Source: Macrostomum lignano
Lineage: Eukaryota
NCBI GenBank assembly: GCA_002269645.1
Contig: NIVC01002046.1
Location: forward strand, 1 to 64,000
Reading direction: 5' to 3'
DNA length: 64,000 nucleotides
The notes beneath the pieces were generated by a model, which had not been told where the DNA came from, searched no databases, and worked only from the letters and a program-made list of their open reading frames with translations. Shown piece by piece: positions 29,901-42,300 of this stretch. Each line of letters starts with the position of its first letter. The first letter of the stretch is position 1. The translations under genes were made by a program, and so were the position numbers.

Positions 29901-32000
29901 TATGGTATTTTGAAGTGTGAGTGTGGGGTATGGGATTCTGAAGTGTATGGGGTGTGGGGCATGGAGTTCTGAGGTGTGGGGTATGGGATTCTGATGTGTG
30001 GGGTATGGTATTTTGAAGTGTGAGTGTGGGGCATGGGATTCTGATGTGTGGGGGTATGGGGCATAGAATTTCGAGGTGTGGGATGTGATGTATGGTATTT
30101 TGAAGTTTGAGGTGTGGGACATGGGATGCTAAAGTGTATAGGTGTGGGATTCTTTATTAGCTCATATACATGGACGATGAGGGATTTTTAAGTATGGGAT
30201 TGTTAGAAGCAGCTCACCGTGACTGACACCACAACCTAGCTGGTTCGATTCCATGCGAAGCCAATTAATTCATTTGGGGCTTTTATGCACGAAAATTGGC
30301 CAGGGAGGGGTGTGGGGTTTGTGGTCCGATTCACAGCCATGAGGGCCAACCCCCAAGGCACAGTGAGTGCACATCCCTGACCGATTAGACAGTCAGAGGG
30401 GCACCGACCACCCTGTTTGAGTGTTTGCATGTGCTCATGAGGTTGTTAGACGGCTGTGGTGTTGTACTTAGCATGCGGTTCTGGATTCTTCAATCTGTCA
30501 TTCGGGGCAACAATCTCAGACAACGAAAGCGAACTGCAGCAACAGCAGCAGCAGCATCAGTTGGAGCAATCTGCAACAGACGATCAGCTCAACCAGCAGC
30601 AGCACTTCTCCAACAATAGCAGCAGCAACAGCCAAACGCTCGGCGATTTCCTGTCCACGAAATGGGAGCCGCTCCGCTCCCTGGCCGACCGGGCCGTCGC
30701 CCTGCTGCACGCCGTTCGCTTGGGCGTCGAGCCGCTGGCCAAAGAGGCCGCCGCCGCCTCCATCGCCATCTGCTGCCGGCAGCTGGCGCCGCTGATCTAC
30801 GCCGGCGGCAGCGGCGGGGTGTCCACCTTCCTGAGCTGGCTGGCAGCCAGGCAGTGCCCGACCGACGCCGTGGGCACCCGGCTGTTGGCCTCGCTGAGGC
30901 GGGCGGCTGGCGAGCGGCTCAGCCAGCGGTGCGCCAATCTTCGCCGACTGTTGAGTCTGGTTCGATCGGAGCTGCGAGTTGTAGCACTCGGCTGCTGCGG
31001 CGGCGACAACGTCGTCGGAGGCCTTGCCGACGTGGCCGAAGCTCTGGACGATTTTGTTGGCAGCGTCGACTGCCTGCTGGCCGATGCGGCCGGCTCGGCG
31101 GCTTTGGTTGCCAGCCGGGAGGCCGAGTTCGACTGCGCCTGCGGCGACGATGCCGACCATGCTGCTGCTGAGGAGCGGGCCGGCGACGGGGCAGCCGCTG
31201 ACGCCGACGGATCTCGGCTGGTCAGTCTGGGTGTGGGTTATTCTGTCTGGGTGTGGGATTCTTCTGTCTGAGTGTGGGATTCTTCTGTCTGGGTGTGGGA
31301 TTCTTCTGTCTGGGTGTGGGATTCTTCTGTCTGGGTGTGGGATTCTTCTGTCTGAGTGTGGGATTCTTCTGTCTGGGTGTGGGATTCTCCTGTCCGAGTG
31401 TGGTATTATTTTGTTTTGGTATGAGATTCTTCTGTCTTGGTGTGAGATTCTTTTGTCTGGGTGTAGGATTCTTCCGTCTGGGGGTATGGGATTTTTCCGT
31501 CTGTGTGTGGGACTCCTCTGTCTTGGTGTGGGATTCCTCTTTAAACCCTATTGAAGGTGGACAGTTTATTTAAAGCTTCACCCCACCGGCAGGAGCAGGA
31601 GGGCACCCCAACCGCGCCAAGACGACGCCAGCGCCGGCGCCCTCAACCGGAGCGCCTATCCCTGCCAGCATTCAACCAGCGAATCAACTGGATCAATGCC
31701 TGTCCGGAGTTCTTCAAGCACTCCCGGGCTGTGGTGTCGCACTGCCAGCAGACTCTGCGCTACCTGGAGATCCTGCTTGGCGGCAGTCAGCTCGAAATCA
31801 TCACTGTAGGCGTGAAATGCCAACACGAGATGCAACGGTTAGACTTAGACTTGGACTGCCTGCCAGTCAGCAAGCTGTTTGACTCGTCAATCGAACCAAG
31901 TCGAGCTTGTCTGCGCCGATTAAAATTGACGCTGGAAGCCGCCTGCGTCAAAGCGGCGGAGCTCGTCATCAGCGGTCGGAATCGGCATCAGCGGCGTTAA
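23902..32000 (+). CDS. KIF14-like kinesin-3, copy A (~1170 aa); exons 23902-24732, 25761-26526, 28070-28293, 28672-29245, 30520(or 30472)-31220, 31593-32000; no ATG in the first visible exon before the P-loop
   Basis: KVAVRIRP, P-loop GMTSSGKT, YYEIYNERIHDLL, VREHP, YADVMTWLALGNKQRATA (KIF14-like), NxxSSRSH, DLAGSER, HIPYRES, LRDSLGGNS and ETLSTLRYA, followed by coiled coil. Splice phases are consistent. Confidence 0.9.
24785..25750. repeat. 34-bp minisatellite (CTTCTGTTGCTATCCGCCCCCTGTCCTACAGTAG), kinesin A intron 1
   Basis: Direct inspection. Confidence 0.92.
26565..28010. repeat. 24-bp minisatellite (GTGTGGGATTCTTCCTGTGTCTCA) with a ~475-bp internal duplication, kinesin A intron 2
   Basis: Direct inspection; ORF-track blocks at 26870 and 27345 repeat. 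Confidence 0.92.
28355..28640. repeat. 23-bp minisatellite (CATGAGAATCTCACATCTACCAT), kinesin A intron 3; counterpart at 40575-40970
   Basis: Direct inspection. Confidence 0.92.
29275..30150. repeat. GT-rich minisatellite (GGGATTCTGAAGTGT(ATGGGGT)GTGGGGTAT), kinesin A intron 4; counterpart at 41605-42545
   Basis: Direct inspection. Confidence 0.92.
30205..30400 (+). mobile_element. tRNA-derived SINE-like copy in kinesin intron 4 (counterpart ~42597-42790)
   Basis: B-box GGTTCGATTCC at ~30242. The 3' core GAGGGCCAACCCCCAAGGCACAGTGAGTG.ACAT is shared with 51278-51312 (-) and 11941-11980 (+). Confidence 0.65.
31228..31535. repeat. 21-bp minisatellite (GTGTGGGATTCTTCTGTCTGG), kinesin A intron 5; counterpart at 43580-43850
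   Basis: Direct inspection. Confidence 0.9.
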
Positions 32001-32656
32001 ATCATTTTAATAACGATATTTTCTTAACTTTCTACTTAATTCGAGCTGGTCAGTAGTATAAACTAAAATTTTACGCATTTTTCTACAATTCAACCAAAAA
32101 GTCAGTTTTGTGCTACTAAAAGTAGGCCAAAATGGACTTGCAATTAATAAGTTTTTTCTTCTACTCCTAGTAGTTCAATGCGAATTTTTCTACTTTAAAG
32201 TGCTTTTATATTGCTCACATTTTTAATTCCCTTTGTCGTTATTGTTAGCATTTAAATTTAATATAAAATTCTATGTACTCTTCTCACAATCACAAGGCTA
32301 TTATAGTCGAAATACACTGGGACAATTATTATGCAATGGCTAAGTATCGATATTTTCTCAACAGTCAACAAGTGTCTTGAACGAATTGGTGTGATTATTT
32401 TTATTATAATGATTATAAATCATAGAGAAGTTAAAAGCTAAGATTTTTTCTTAGGACAGCATTAGCAAAACTAAAAAAGCTTTTGTTAGAAACAGCAGTA
32501 TTGAGCAAGTTTATTCGTATTGATGAATAATGTAAAACAGAGTAGTGCTACTGCTTGCATAGTAGTAAGTAGTATAAGTAGTATATAGTGTTTCTTGATT
32601 AACAATATTGTTAGTTGTGCGTTGCTAAAAGTTAATTCACACAACTAATACCGCTG

Positions 32657-34080
32657 TAATTGTCACACCTGGAACTGGGCCTATCTAATTGTCACACCTG
32701 GAACTGGGCCTATCTAATTGTCACACCTGGAACTGGGCTAATCTAATTGTCACACCTGGAACTGGGCTTATCTAATTGTCACACCTGGAACTGAATCCAG
32801 CTATAATTGTCACACCCGGAACTGAATCCAGCCATAATTGTCACACCTGGAACTGAATGCAGCTATAATTGTCACACCCGGAACTGAATCCAGCTATAAT
32901 TGTCACACCTGGAACTCACACCCGGAACTGAATCCAGCTATAATTGTCACACCTGGAACTGAATCCAGTATATTGTCACACCTGGAACTGAATCCAGTAT
33001 ATTGTCACACCCGGAACTGAATCCAGCTATAATTGTCACACCCGGAACTGAATCCAGCTATAATTGTCACACCTGGAACTGAATCCAGCTATAATTGTCA
33101 CACCGGGAACTGAATTCAGCTATAATTGTCACACCCGGAACTGAATCCAGCTATAATTGTCACACCTGGAACTGAATCCAGCTATAATTGTCACACCGGG
33201 AACTGAATTCAGCTATAATTGTCACACCGGGAACTGAATTCAGCTATAATTGTCACACCGGGAACTGAATCCAGCTATAATTGTCACACCTGGAACTGAA
33301 TCCAGCTATAATTGTCACACCTGGAACTGAATCCAGCTATAATTGTCACACCTGGAACTGAATCCAGTATATTGTCACACCTGGAACTGAATCCAGCTAT
33401 AATTGTCACACCTGGAACTGAATCCAGCTATAATTGTCACACCTGGAACTGAATCCAGTATATTGTCACATCTGGAACTGAATCCAGCTATAATTGTCAC
33501 ACCTGGAACTGAATCCAGCTATAATTGTCACACCTGGAACTGAATCCAGCTATAATTGTCACACCTGGAACTGAATCCAGTATATTGTCACACCTGGAAC
33601 TGAATCCAGCTATAATTGTCACACCTGGAACTGAATCCAGCTATAATTGTCACACCTGGAACTGAATCCAGTATATTGTCACATCTGGAACTGAATCCAG
33701 CTATAATTGTCACACCTGGAACTGAATCCAGCTATAATTGTCACACCTGGAACTGAATCCAGCTATATTGTCACACCTGGAACTGAATCCAGCTATAATT
33801 GTCACACCTGGAACTGAATCCAGCTATAATTGTCACACCTGGAACTGAATCCAGTTTATTGTCACACCTGGTACTGAATCCAGCTATAATTGTCACACCT
33901 GGAACTGAATCTAGCTATATTGTCACACCTGGAACTGAATCCAGCTATAATTGTCACACCTGGAACTGAATCCAGCTATATTGTCACACCTGGAACTGAA
34001 TCCAGCTATAATTGTCACACCTGGAACTGAATCCATCTATATTGTCACACCTGGAACTGAATCCAGTTTATTGTCACACC
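32657..34080. repeat. 31-bp minisatellite (TAATTGTCACACCTGGAACTGAATCCAGCTA) just beyond the glucosidase stop codon; shorter counterpart at 44957-45551
   Basis: Direct inspection. Confidence 0.95.
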
Positions 34081-34095
34081 TAGTGGACAACCCAG

Positions 34096-35368
34096 TCACT
34101 CGGCCACCAGTCTCTTGTGCAGAGTCTGCGCAAACTTCACCACCAGAGCGGTCCATCCAGTCTGATGGCTGGCACCGCAGCCTCGCCCCGTGTCGCCGTG
34201 GAAGTACTCGTAGAACAGGGCGAACTCCGCACCGCGCCACTGGCTAGCGAACTCTTTAGCCTCCCCGTGCAGCGGTCGTCGTCGGGCAGTCGCAGCAGTC
34301 TGGCCTAGAGAATACGGTATAGAAATAGAAACTTGCAATGAGACAGTTGGTTAGATACTATACTCAGGCACTCATATGCACGCTAACACAGGGTGTTAGT
34401 GTAGCTAAGTGTAGCTATCACAGCGGCCCGGACTTTCTAATCGTCAGGTAATTACCATCTACGCCGTCGTGTTTGCCAACAAAGATTGACAGCACTCGTT
34501 CGCAGACTTGTCTGGCAAAGCGACGCAGCCGGGGATCGGGTCGGCCGCCTTCGTGCACCCTGAGCGCCGCCTGCACCAGCAGGTAGTTCATGCAGAGCCA
34601 CACCGGGCCGCGCCAGTTGCTGTTGCCGCCGTACATCCCGGTGCGAGACTCGCCCGGCTCGTAGTTTAAAGTGGACTGAGCCAGCGTCACCGGGTGCTTC
34701 CGGTGCCAGCGAGACACCATGCGTACCCCGTAGGGTCCTTGTGGGGTTGCGATTTTGTAGTTTTCATTGGTTATAAATTGGTTTATTATTTTTCCTACTT
34801 TTCTACTAATGAGTAGACAAGCTGGAGTATTTCTGTGCTTTTATTGTTGTAAGCAAATATAGCACAATGACGAACGGACCTAAGCGCTGTAGGACCCGAT
34901 TTTGAGTCTGGCGCCAGTGTCTAGGGAATTCTGAGTGTGGCGCCAAAGTCAGGGAATGCTGAGTGGGGCGCCAAGGTCAATGAGTTCTGAGTGTGGCGCC
35001 AATGTCGAGGGAATTCTGAGTGTGGCGCCAATGTCGAGGGAATTCTGAGTGTGGCGCCAATGTCAGTGAATTCTGAGTGTGGCGCCAATGTCGAGGGAAT
35101 TCTGAGTGTGGCGCCAATGTCAGTGAATTCTGAGTGTGGCGCTAATGTCTAGGGAATTCTGAGTGTGGCGCCAAGGCCAGGGAGTTCTGAGTCTGAATAA
35201 AGGCCACCCAGCTCACCCAGAAATCCTTCGTCAGCATCGGAGCAGTCTGCTGGGCCCTCCCGCAGCGGGAACAGCCGCTCGAAGACTTTCGCCCACTGCC
35301 TGCTGCTCAGCAGAGACACCAAGCAGCGGCTCCCGCTGTTGCCAGGTCGTTCAACGCGAAGGCCGCAC
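34096..35368 (-). pseudogene. Orphan duplicate of glucosidase exons 7-9 (no upstream exons in this copy)
   Basis: Near-identical to 45567-46892 (GNSNWRGPVW, EYFHGDTGRGCGASHQTGWT). The upstream intron is cut at the duplication junction, 35491. Confidence 0.85.
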
Positions 35369-36378
35369 CTGGAAGTTTTTTTGTTGAATTGTGAACTGAT
35401 GCTGCACTCGTGCCACATGGACGCCAAATTGAGTAAAGTGGCACTAAATTGAGTACATTGGCACTAAATTGAGTACAGTGGAACTGAATTGAGTTAGATG
35501 ATAAGAACTGACCATATTCGTTTTTATTTGTCAATCATCCCGTCATCTAATATAGACATCTTCATAAAAAAAATTACGAACGCATGTGTGTATTTTACAG
35601 AATAAAAAAAGAAATTTCAAATAGCAAATTCCATTGATTTTTGTTTAAGACAGTTTTTTCAACTATAGCTCCCAATCGAGTTATTATGAGCTTCGCTACG
35701 AAAACATTAATCCATGAGTTTAATTATACATCTTTCTCACTTCAATTCCGTTTTCATTTGAAAGATTGCGTCTTCAAATTTAGCTATTAATAATGCATTT
35801 TTAGTTCAAACAAGTTTTGGAATCATCAATATAGTCTAGTGTTTTTTTTGAGCTTTCAGTTTTTTCTATTTTTTTCTATTTATTTTAAACTATCTAATAT
35901 ATTTTTTATTTGCATTTTTCCTAAGTTTGAGCCTAATGGATAATAAGATTGTACAATAAATCGATTTTTCAGTCTAACATGATTCTTTTTACAAAACTAG
36001 AAAACGGTTGTCACTTTTGTTTTACTCTTATCTCACTATATTTGTATAGTATTAAGAGACTTCCGCGCCCTAAGTATGGTTGAGATTGATACTTTCAACG
36101 ACTTGATATTGATGAGATTGTGAGACCTTTGCACCATCGATGAGATTGTGAGACTTCGATCGATCAGTTTGAGACTGAGAGACTTCCACACCATAGATCA
36201 GTTTGAGAGACTTCCACACCATAAATCAGTTTGAGAGACTTCCACACCATAGATTGAGACTTCAGTACCCTAGTCCCCTAGCTAAGCTCTAAATAGCTCG
36301 TAAATTAGGCAACAGCTAAAGTACATTTGAACTGAAATAGCACTGTCCCCATCCCCAATCCCTCAGTTGACCCCGCAG

Positions 36379-39300
36379 GATTCCAAGCGTCGCTTCTCTG
36401 CGACGCCGACGCTGTCGACAAATGTCGATGACGCTGCCTACGCCGTCCACAACTGCGCCGATCCTCCTTCCGACAGCTACGAAGGCCATCGTCGCTGGAA
36501 CAATCTCTCCGGCGTCAGTCCGTCATCCGACCTTCTGACTGTTGCATCGTCGCGTCGTTTCAGTTCCACGCCCGACGTACTCGCCGATCTGCGCGGCGCC
36601 GACTGCTGTCAGGACGAGGAGGATGATCGTCGACAGGTTATTCAGCACCGCAGGCGCGGCGGCTCGATCAGGTCGCTGTTCCCTCATCTGGACAGTCGGC
36701 CTGACGATACCCCAAGCCCATCGGGCACGTCAGCAGCAGCAGCAGCAGTTTCCTCCGAGCTGTCTCCCTCGGCGGCCGGTGTAAAAGTCGCCGTTCGGAT
36801 TCGCCCGCTTGTTGAACGCGAACTGCAGACTTTGGCGTCGGCACCGGCTGGCAGTAATTCAACGGTGGTGAGCGTGTCCTCGGATAACCCTAAGACTCTG
36901 CTAGTGCATCAGCCGTCGACCACGAATATTCTTTCATTTTGCTTCGATCACTGCCTGGATTCAACCAACCCCAAGTCGGAGACCTACGCAGATCAGAACA
37001 GCGTCTACGAGAAAGTCGGCCTGCCACTGCTGGACAAGTGCTTGGCGGGATATAACTGCTGCCTGTTTGCCTACGGCATGACGTCGTCTGGCAAGACGCA
37101 TACTGTCATGGGAGCGCCTGTTGGCGATGACAGAGGCCTGCTGCCCAGGTTTCTGCAGGACCTGTTCCAGGGCAAGGAGATTATTGAGGATCAGTGCGAG
37201 CAGCTGCAGGTGAGAGGGGACCTGTTTATTGTGGCACAGGATTTGTCTTTTAGTAGCCTCCCCTGTCCTACAATAGCTTCTGTTGCTATCCGCCCCTGTC
37301 TCCTCCAGTAGCCACCGCTATCCGCCCCTGTCCCCCGCCCCTGTCCCCCAGTAGCCACCGCTATCCGCCCCTGTCCCCCAGTAGCCACCGCTATCAGCCT
37401 CTGTCCCCCAGTAGCCACCACTATCCGCCCCTGTCCCCCAGTAGCCACCACTATCCGCCCCTGTCCCCCAGTAGCCACCACTATCCGCCCCTGTCCCCCA
37501 GTAGCCACCACTATCCGCCCCTGTCCCCCAGTAGCCACCACTATCCGCCCCTGTCCCGCCCGCCCAGGTGGACATATCCTACTACGAGATCTACAACGAA
37601 CGAATCCACGACCTCCTAGCGGCCAGTCACGATAAAAGCCTGCGCAAGGTGTCCCTAAAGGTACGCGAGCACCCTACTAAAGGCCCGTTCGTCGAAGGCC
37701 TGTCGGTTTATTCGAATGTAAGAACCTACGCTGACGTCATGACTTGGCTAGCTCTTGGCAACAAGCAGCGGGCCACGGCTAGCACAGATGTGAATCAGGT
37801 CAGCTCGCGCTCTCACACCGTTTGCACTCTCGGCTTGAAAAAGTTGCGCATAGTGGACGATGAGAATAAGCAACAACAGCAACAGACAGCAACGAACACT
37901 AGCAGCTCAGCCTCCAGTGTGCAACTGTGCATATCCAGTAGGGTTAATATTGTAGACTTGGCTGGCAGCGAGAGGCAAAGCGTTGCTGGCACCACCGGGG
38001 ACCGGCTTCGCGAAGGATCCAATATTAACAGAAGCCTGTTGACCCTCGGCAAAGTGATCAGTCTGCTCAGCGAACGCGTAGCTAACGAGGCTGGTGTGAA
38101 TTCGTCCGCTAAGAAGTCTAATAATCAGCATATACCTTATCGAGAGTCTATGCTTACCTGGTTGCTAAGGGACAGTTTAGGTGGCAACAGTCAGACTGTG
38201 ATGATTGCAACTGTGTCGCCAGCTCCGCAGCATATCGATGAGACATTGAGTACCCTGCGCTATGCTACCAAGGCTCGCTCCATTGTTAATCTGGTGCGGG
38301 TTAACGAGGACAAATCGGCCTGCATGATTCGGAGTGAGTTTGCTCGCCAGTCTGCGTTTGCTTTGCAGAGGCTGTGGGATTCTTCCTGTGTCTCGCTGTG
38401 GGATTCTTCCTGTGTCTCAGTGTGCGATTCTTCCTGTGTCTCAGTGTGGGATTCTTCCTGTGTCAGTGTTGGATTCTTCCTGTGTCTCGTTGTGGGATTC
38501 TTCCTGTGTCACGGTGTGGGATTCTCCCTGTGTCTCAGTGTGGGGATTCTTCATGTGTCTCAGTGTGGGGATTCTTCATGTGTCTTAGAGTGGGGATTCT
38601 TCATGTGTCTCAGTGTGGGGATTCTTCATGTGTCTCAGTGTGGGATTCTTGTGTCGCAGTGTGGTATTCTTCCTGGTGTGAGATTCTTCATGTGTCTCGG
38701 TTCGGGATTCTTTCTGTGTCTCTATGTGGGATTCTTCATGTGATTCGGTGTGGAATTGTTCCTGTGTCTCAGTGTGGGATTCTTCATGTGTCACGGTGTA
38801 GAATTCTTCCTGTGTCTCAGTGTGGGATTCTTCATGTGTCTTGGTGTAGGATTCTTCCTATGTCTCGGTGTGGGATTCTTCCTGTGTCTCAATGTGGGTT
38901 TTTCCTGTGTCTCAGTTTGAGATTCGTCTTGTGTCTTGGTGTGGGATTCTTCCTGTGTCTCGCTGTGGGATTCTTTTTGTGTCTCAATGTGGGTTTTTCC
39001 TGTGCCTCAGTTTGAGATTCGTCTTGTGTCTTGGTGTGGGATTCTTCCTGTGTCTCGCTGTGGGATTCTTCCTGTGTCTCAATGTGGGTTTTTCCTGTGC
39101 CTCAGTTTGAGATTCGTCTTGTGTCTTGGTGTGGGATTCTTCCTGTGTCTCGCTGTGGGATTCTTCCTGTGTCTCAATGTGGGTTTTTCCTGTGCCTCAG
39201 TTTGAGATTCGTCTTGTGTCTTGGTGTGGGATTCTTCCTGTGTCTCGCTGTGGGATTCTTTTTGTGTCTCAATGTGGGTTTTTCCTGTGCCTCAGTTTGA

Positions 39301-42300
39301 GATTCGTCTTGTGTCTTGGTGTGGGATTCTTCCTGTGTCTCGCTGTGGGATTCTTCCTGTGTCTCAATGTGGGTTTTTCCTGTGCCTCAGTTTGAGATTC
39401 GTCTTGTGTCTTGGTGTGGGATTCTTCCTGTGTCTCGCTGTGGGATTCTTCCTGTGTCTCAATGTGGGTTTTTCCTGTGCCTCAGTTTGAGATTCGTCTT
39501 GTGTCTTGGTGTGGGATTCTTCCTGTGTCACGGTGTGGGATTCTTCCTGTGTCACGGTGTGGGATTCTTCCTATTTCTCAGTGTGGGATTCTTCCTATTT
39601 CTCAGTGTGGGATTCTTCCTGTGTCACGGTGTGGGATTCTTCCTATTTCTCAGTGTGGGATTCTTCCTATTTCTCAGTGTGGGATTCTTCCTGTGTCTCA
39701 GTGTGATATTCTTCCTGTGTCTTGGTGTGGGATTCTTCCTGTGTCTCGCTGTGGGATTCTTCCTGTGTCTCAATGTGGGTTTTTCCTGTGCCTCAGTTTG
39801 AGATTCGTCTTGTGTCTTGGTGTGTGATTCTTCCTGTGTCTCGCTGTGGGATTCTTCCTGTGTCTCAATGTGGGTTTTTCCTGTGCCTCAGTTTGAGATT
39901 CGTCTTGTGTCTTGGTGTGGGATTCTTCCTGTGTCACGGTGTGGGATTCTTCCTGTGTCACGGTGTGGGATTCTCCCCGTGTCTCAGTGTGGGGATTCTT
40001 CATGTGTCTCAGTGTGGGGATTCTTCATGTGTCTCAGTGTGGGATTCTTTATGTGTCTCAGTTTGGGATTCTTTCTGTGTAGGATTCTTGTGTCGCAGTG
40101 TGGTATTCTTCCTGGTGTGAGATTCTTCATGTGTCTCGGTTCGGGATTCTTTCTGTGTCTCTATGTGGGATTCTTCATGTGATTCGGTGTGGAATTGTTC
40201 CTGTGTCTCAGTGTGGGATTCTTCAAACCGGTGTCTTTTTTAATCAAATAAAAATATTATCCGAATCCAAAATTATTTGCCGCAGCTCTGCAAGCGGAAC
40301 TGGAGCGGCTCCGTCAGAAGCAGCTGGCCAGCAGCAGCGGCAGCGAACAGTCGGAGGCGGCCGTCGCCCTGGCGCAGGACAATGCACGCCAGGCGCTGGA
40401 GATTTCTGATCTGCGCGACCAGCTGCAGGCCTGCAAACGGCAGGCGGAGGAGTTGGAGAACTGGAAGCTGGCGCGACTGCAGGCGGAGGCTGTTAAGGAG
40501 AACTGCCCGGTGAGATTTTGCTGGGGTTGTCAATCTGCCAAGCTGTCTGTCTAGCTACTCATGTGTCACTTCTACCATCATGAGAATCTCACATCTGCCA
40601 TCCCGAGAATCTCACATCTGCCATCATGAGAATCTCGCATCTACCACCATGAGAATCTCACATCTACCATCATGAGAATCTCACATCTACCATAATGAGA
40701 ATCTCACATCTACCACCATGAGAATCCCACATCTACCATCCCGAGAATCTCACATCTACCACCATGAGAATCTCACATCTACCATCCCGAGAATCTCACA
40801 TCTACCACCATGAGAATCTCACATCTACCATCATGAGAATCTCACATCTAACATCCCGAGAACCTCACATCTACCATCATGAGAATCTCACATCTACCAT
40901 CATGAGAATCTCACATCTACCACCATGAGAATCTCACATCTACCATCATGAGAATCTCACATCTACCATACTAATTAAAGAAAGTACAAAATAACCTTGC
41001 AGGCGGCTTCCTCGGACACCGGCAGTCAGACAACCCCAAAATTGTCAGCCACAATATCCACCTCTCCACCCGTGTCAGCCGCCGTTGTCAATCCAGCCGC
41101 TCCATCAACGCCATTACGGCATCGCCAGTTGTCCATCGTTGACGGCGGTTGTACAGCATCGGCGAATTTGCGTCGATTGAGTTCAACAGCAGCAGCTGGA
41201 CTGTCAGCAGTTTCGGCTAACGTTTCGTTGGCTAATTCCTCTATAGGCTCATTCTCCCCTATGCTGGCTCCCATCAGCCCGGCGGCAGCTCTGGAGGAGT
41301 GCTTAGTTGGCCTGCAAGGCAGTCGCGTACTGTTAGAGACCTGCTTTAACTCCGTGTTAGCTTGGACACCCGCCGATGTTATGCTGGCCCATCTGCACAG
41401 TGTATTGGCCGCGTTGATCTCGGCTGCTGAGGATGACAATGCTGAGCAGCAGCAGCAGCAGGATGACTCTTTGATTGCTTCGGTCAGTCGGACGGCTACG
41501 GATCCGCTGAGGTGCATTCGAGTGGCCGCCGCTGTGCAAGGATTGCTGCACGCGTTCCCGCTGCTGGTGCTGCTGGGTGAGCCTTGGGTGCGCTCCAGTG
41601 TGCTGGGGTATGGGATTCAAGTGTGGGATGTGGGATTCTGAAGTGTGGGGTGTGGGGTTCTGAATTGTGGGGTGTGGGTGTGGGATTCTGAAGTGTATAG
41701 GGTGTGGGGTATGGGATTCTGATGTGTGGGGTATGGGGTTCTGAAGTGTGGGGTGTGGGTGTGGGATTCTGAAGTGTGGGTGTGGGTTCTGAAGTGTGGG
41801 GTGTGGGTGTGGGATTCTGAAGTGTATGGGGTGTGGGGTATGGGGTTCTGAAGTGTGGGGTTTGGGGTATGAGATTCTGAAGTGTATGGGGTGTGGGGTT
41901 TGGGATTCTGAAGTGTATGGGTGTGGGGTATGGGATTCTGAAGTGTGAGGTGTGGGGTATGGGATTCTGAAGTGTATGGGGTGTGGGATTCTGAAGTGTG
42001 GGGTTTGGGGTATGAGATTCTGAAGTGTATGGGGTGTGGGGTTTGGGATTCTGAAGTGTATGGGTGTGGGGTATGGGATTCTGAAGTGTGAGGTGTGGGG
42101 TATGGGATTCTGAAGTGTATGGGGTGTGGGGTTTGGGGTATGAGATTCTGAAGTGTATGGGGTGTGGGGTATGGGATTCTGAAGTGTATGGGGTGTGGGG
42201 TATGGGATTCTGAAGTGTGAGGTGTGGGGTATGGGATTCTGAAGTGTATGGGGTGTGAGGCATGGGATTCTGAAGTGTATGGGGTGTGGGGTATGGGATT

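Larger units (their letters stand above)
23014..35491. repeat. Tandem segmental duplication, copy A (~12.5 kb)
   Basis: Sequence starting AGTTAGATGATAAGAACTGACC at 23014 recurs at 35492, and all exons and spacers are colinear with 35492-~47460. Confidence 0.97.
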
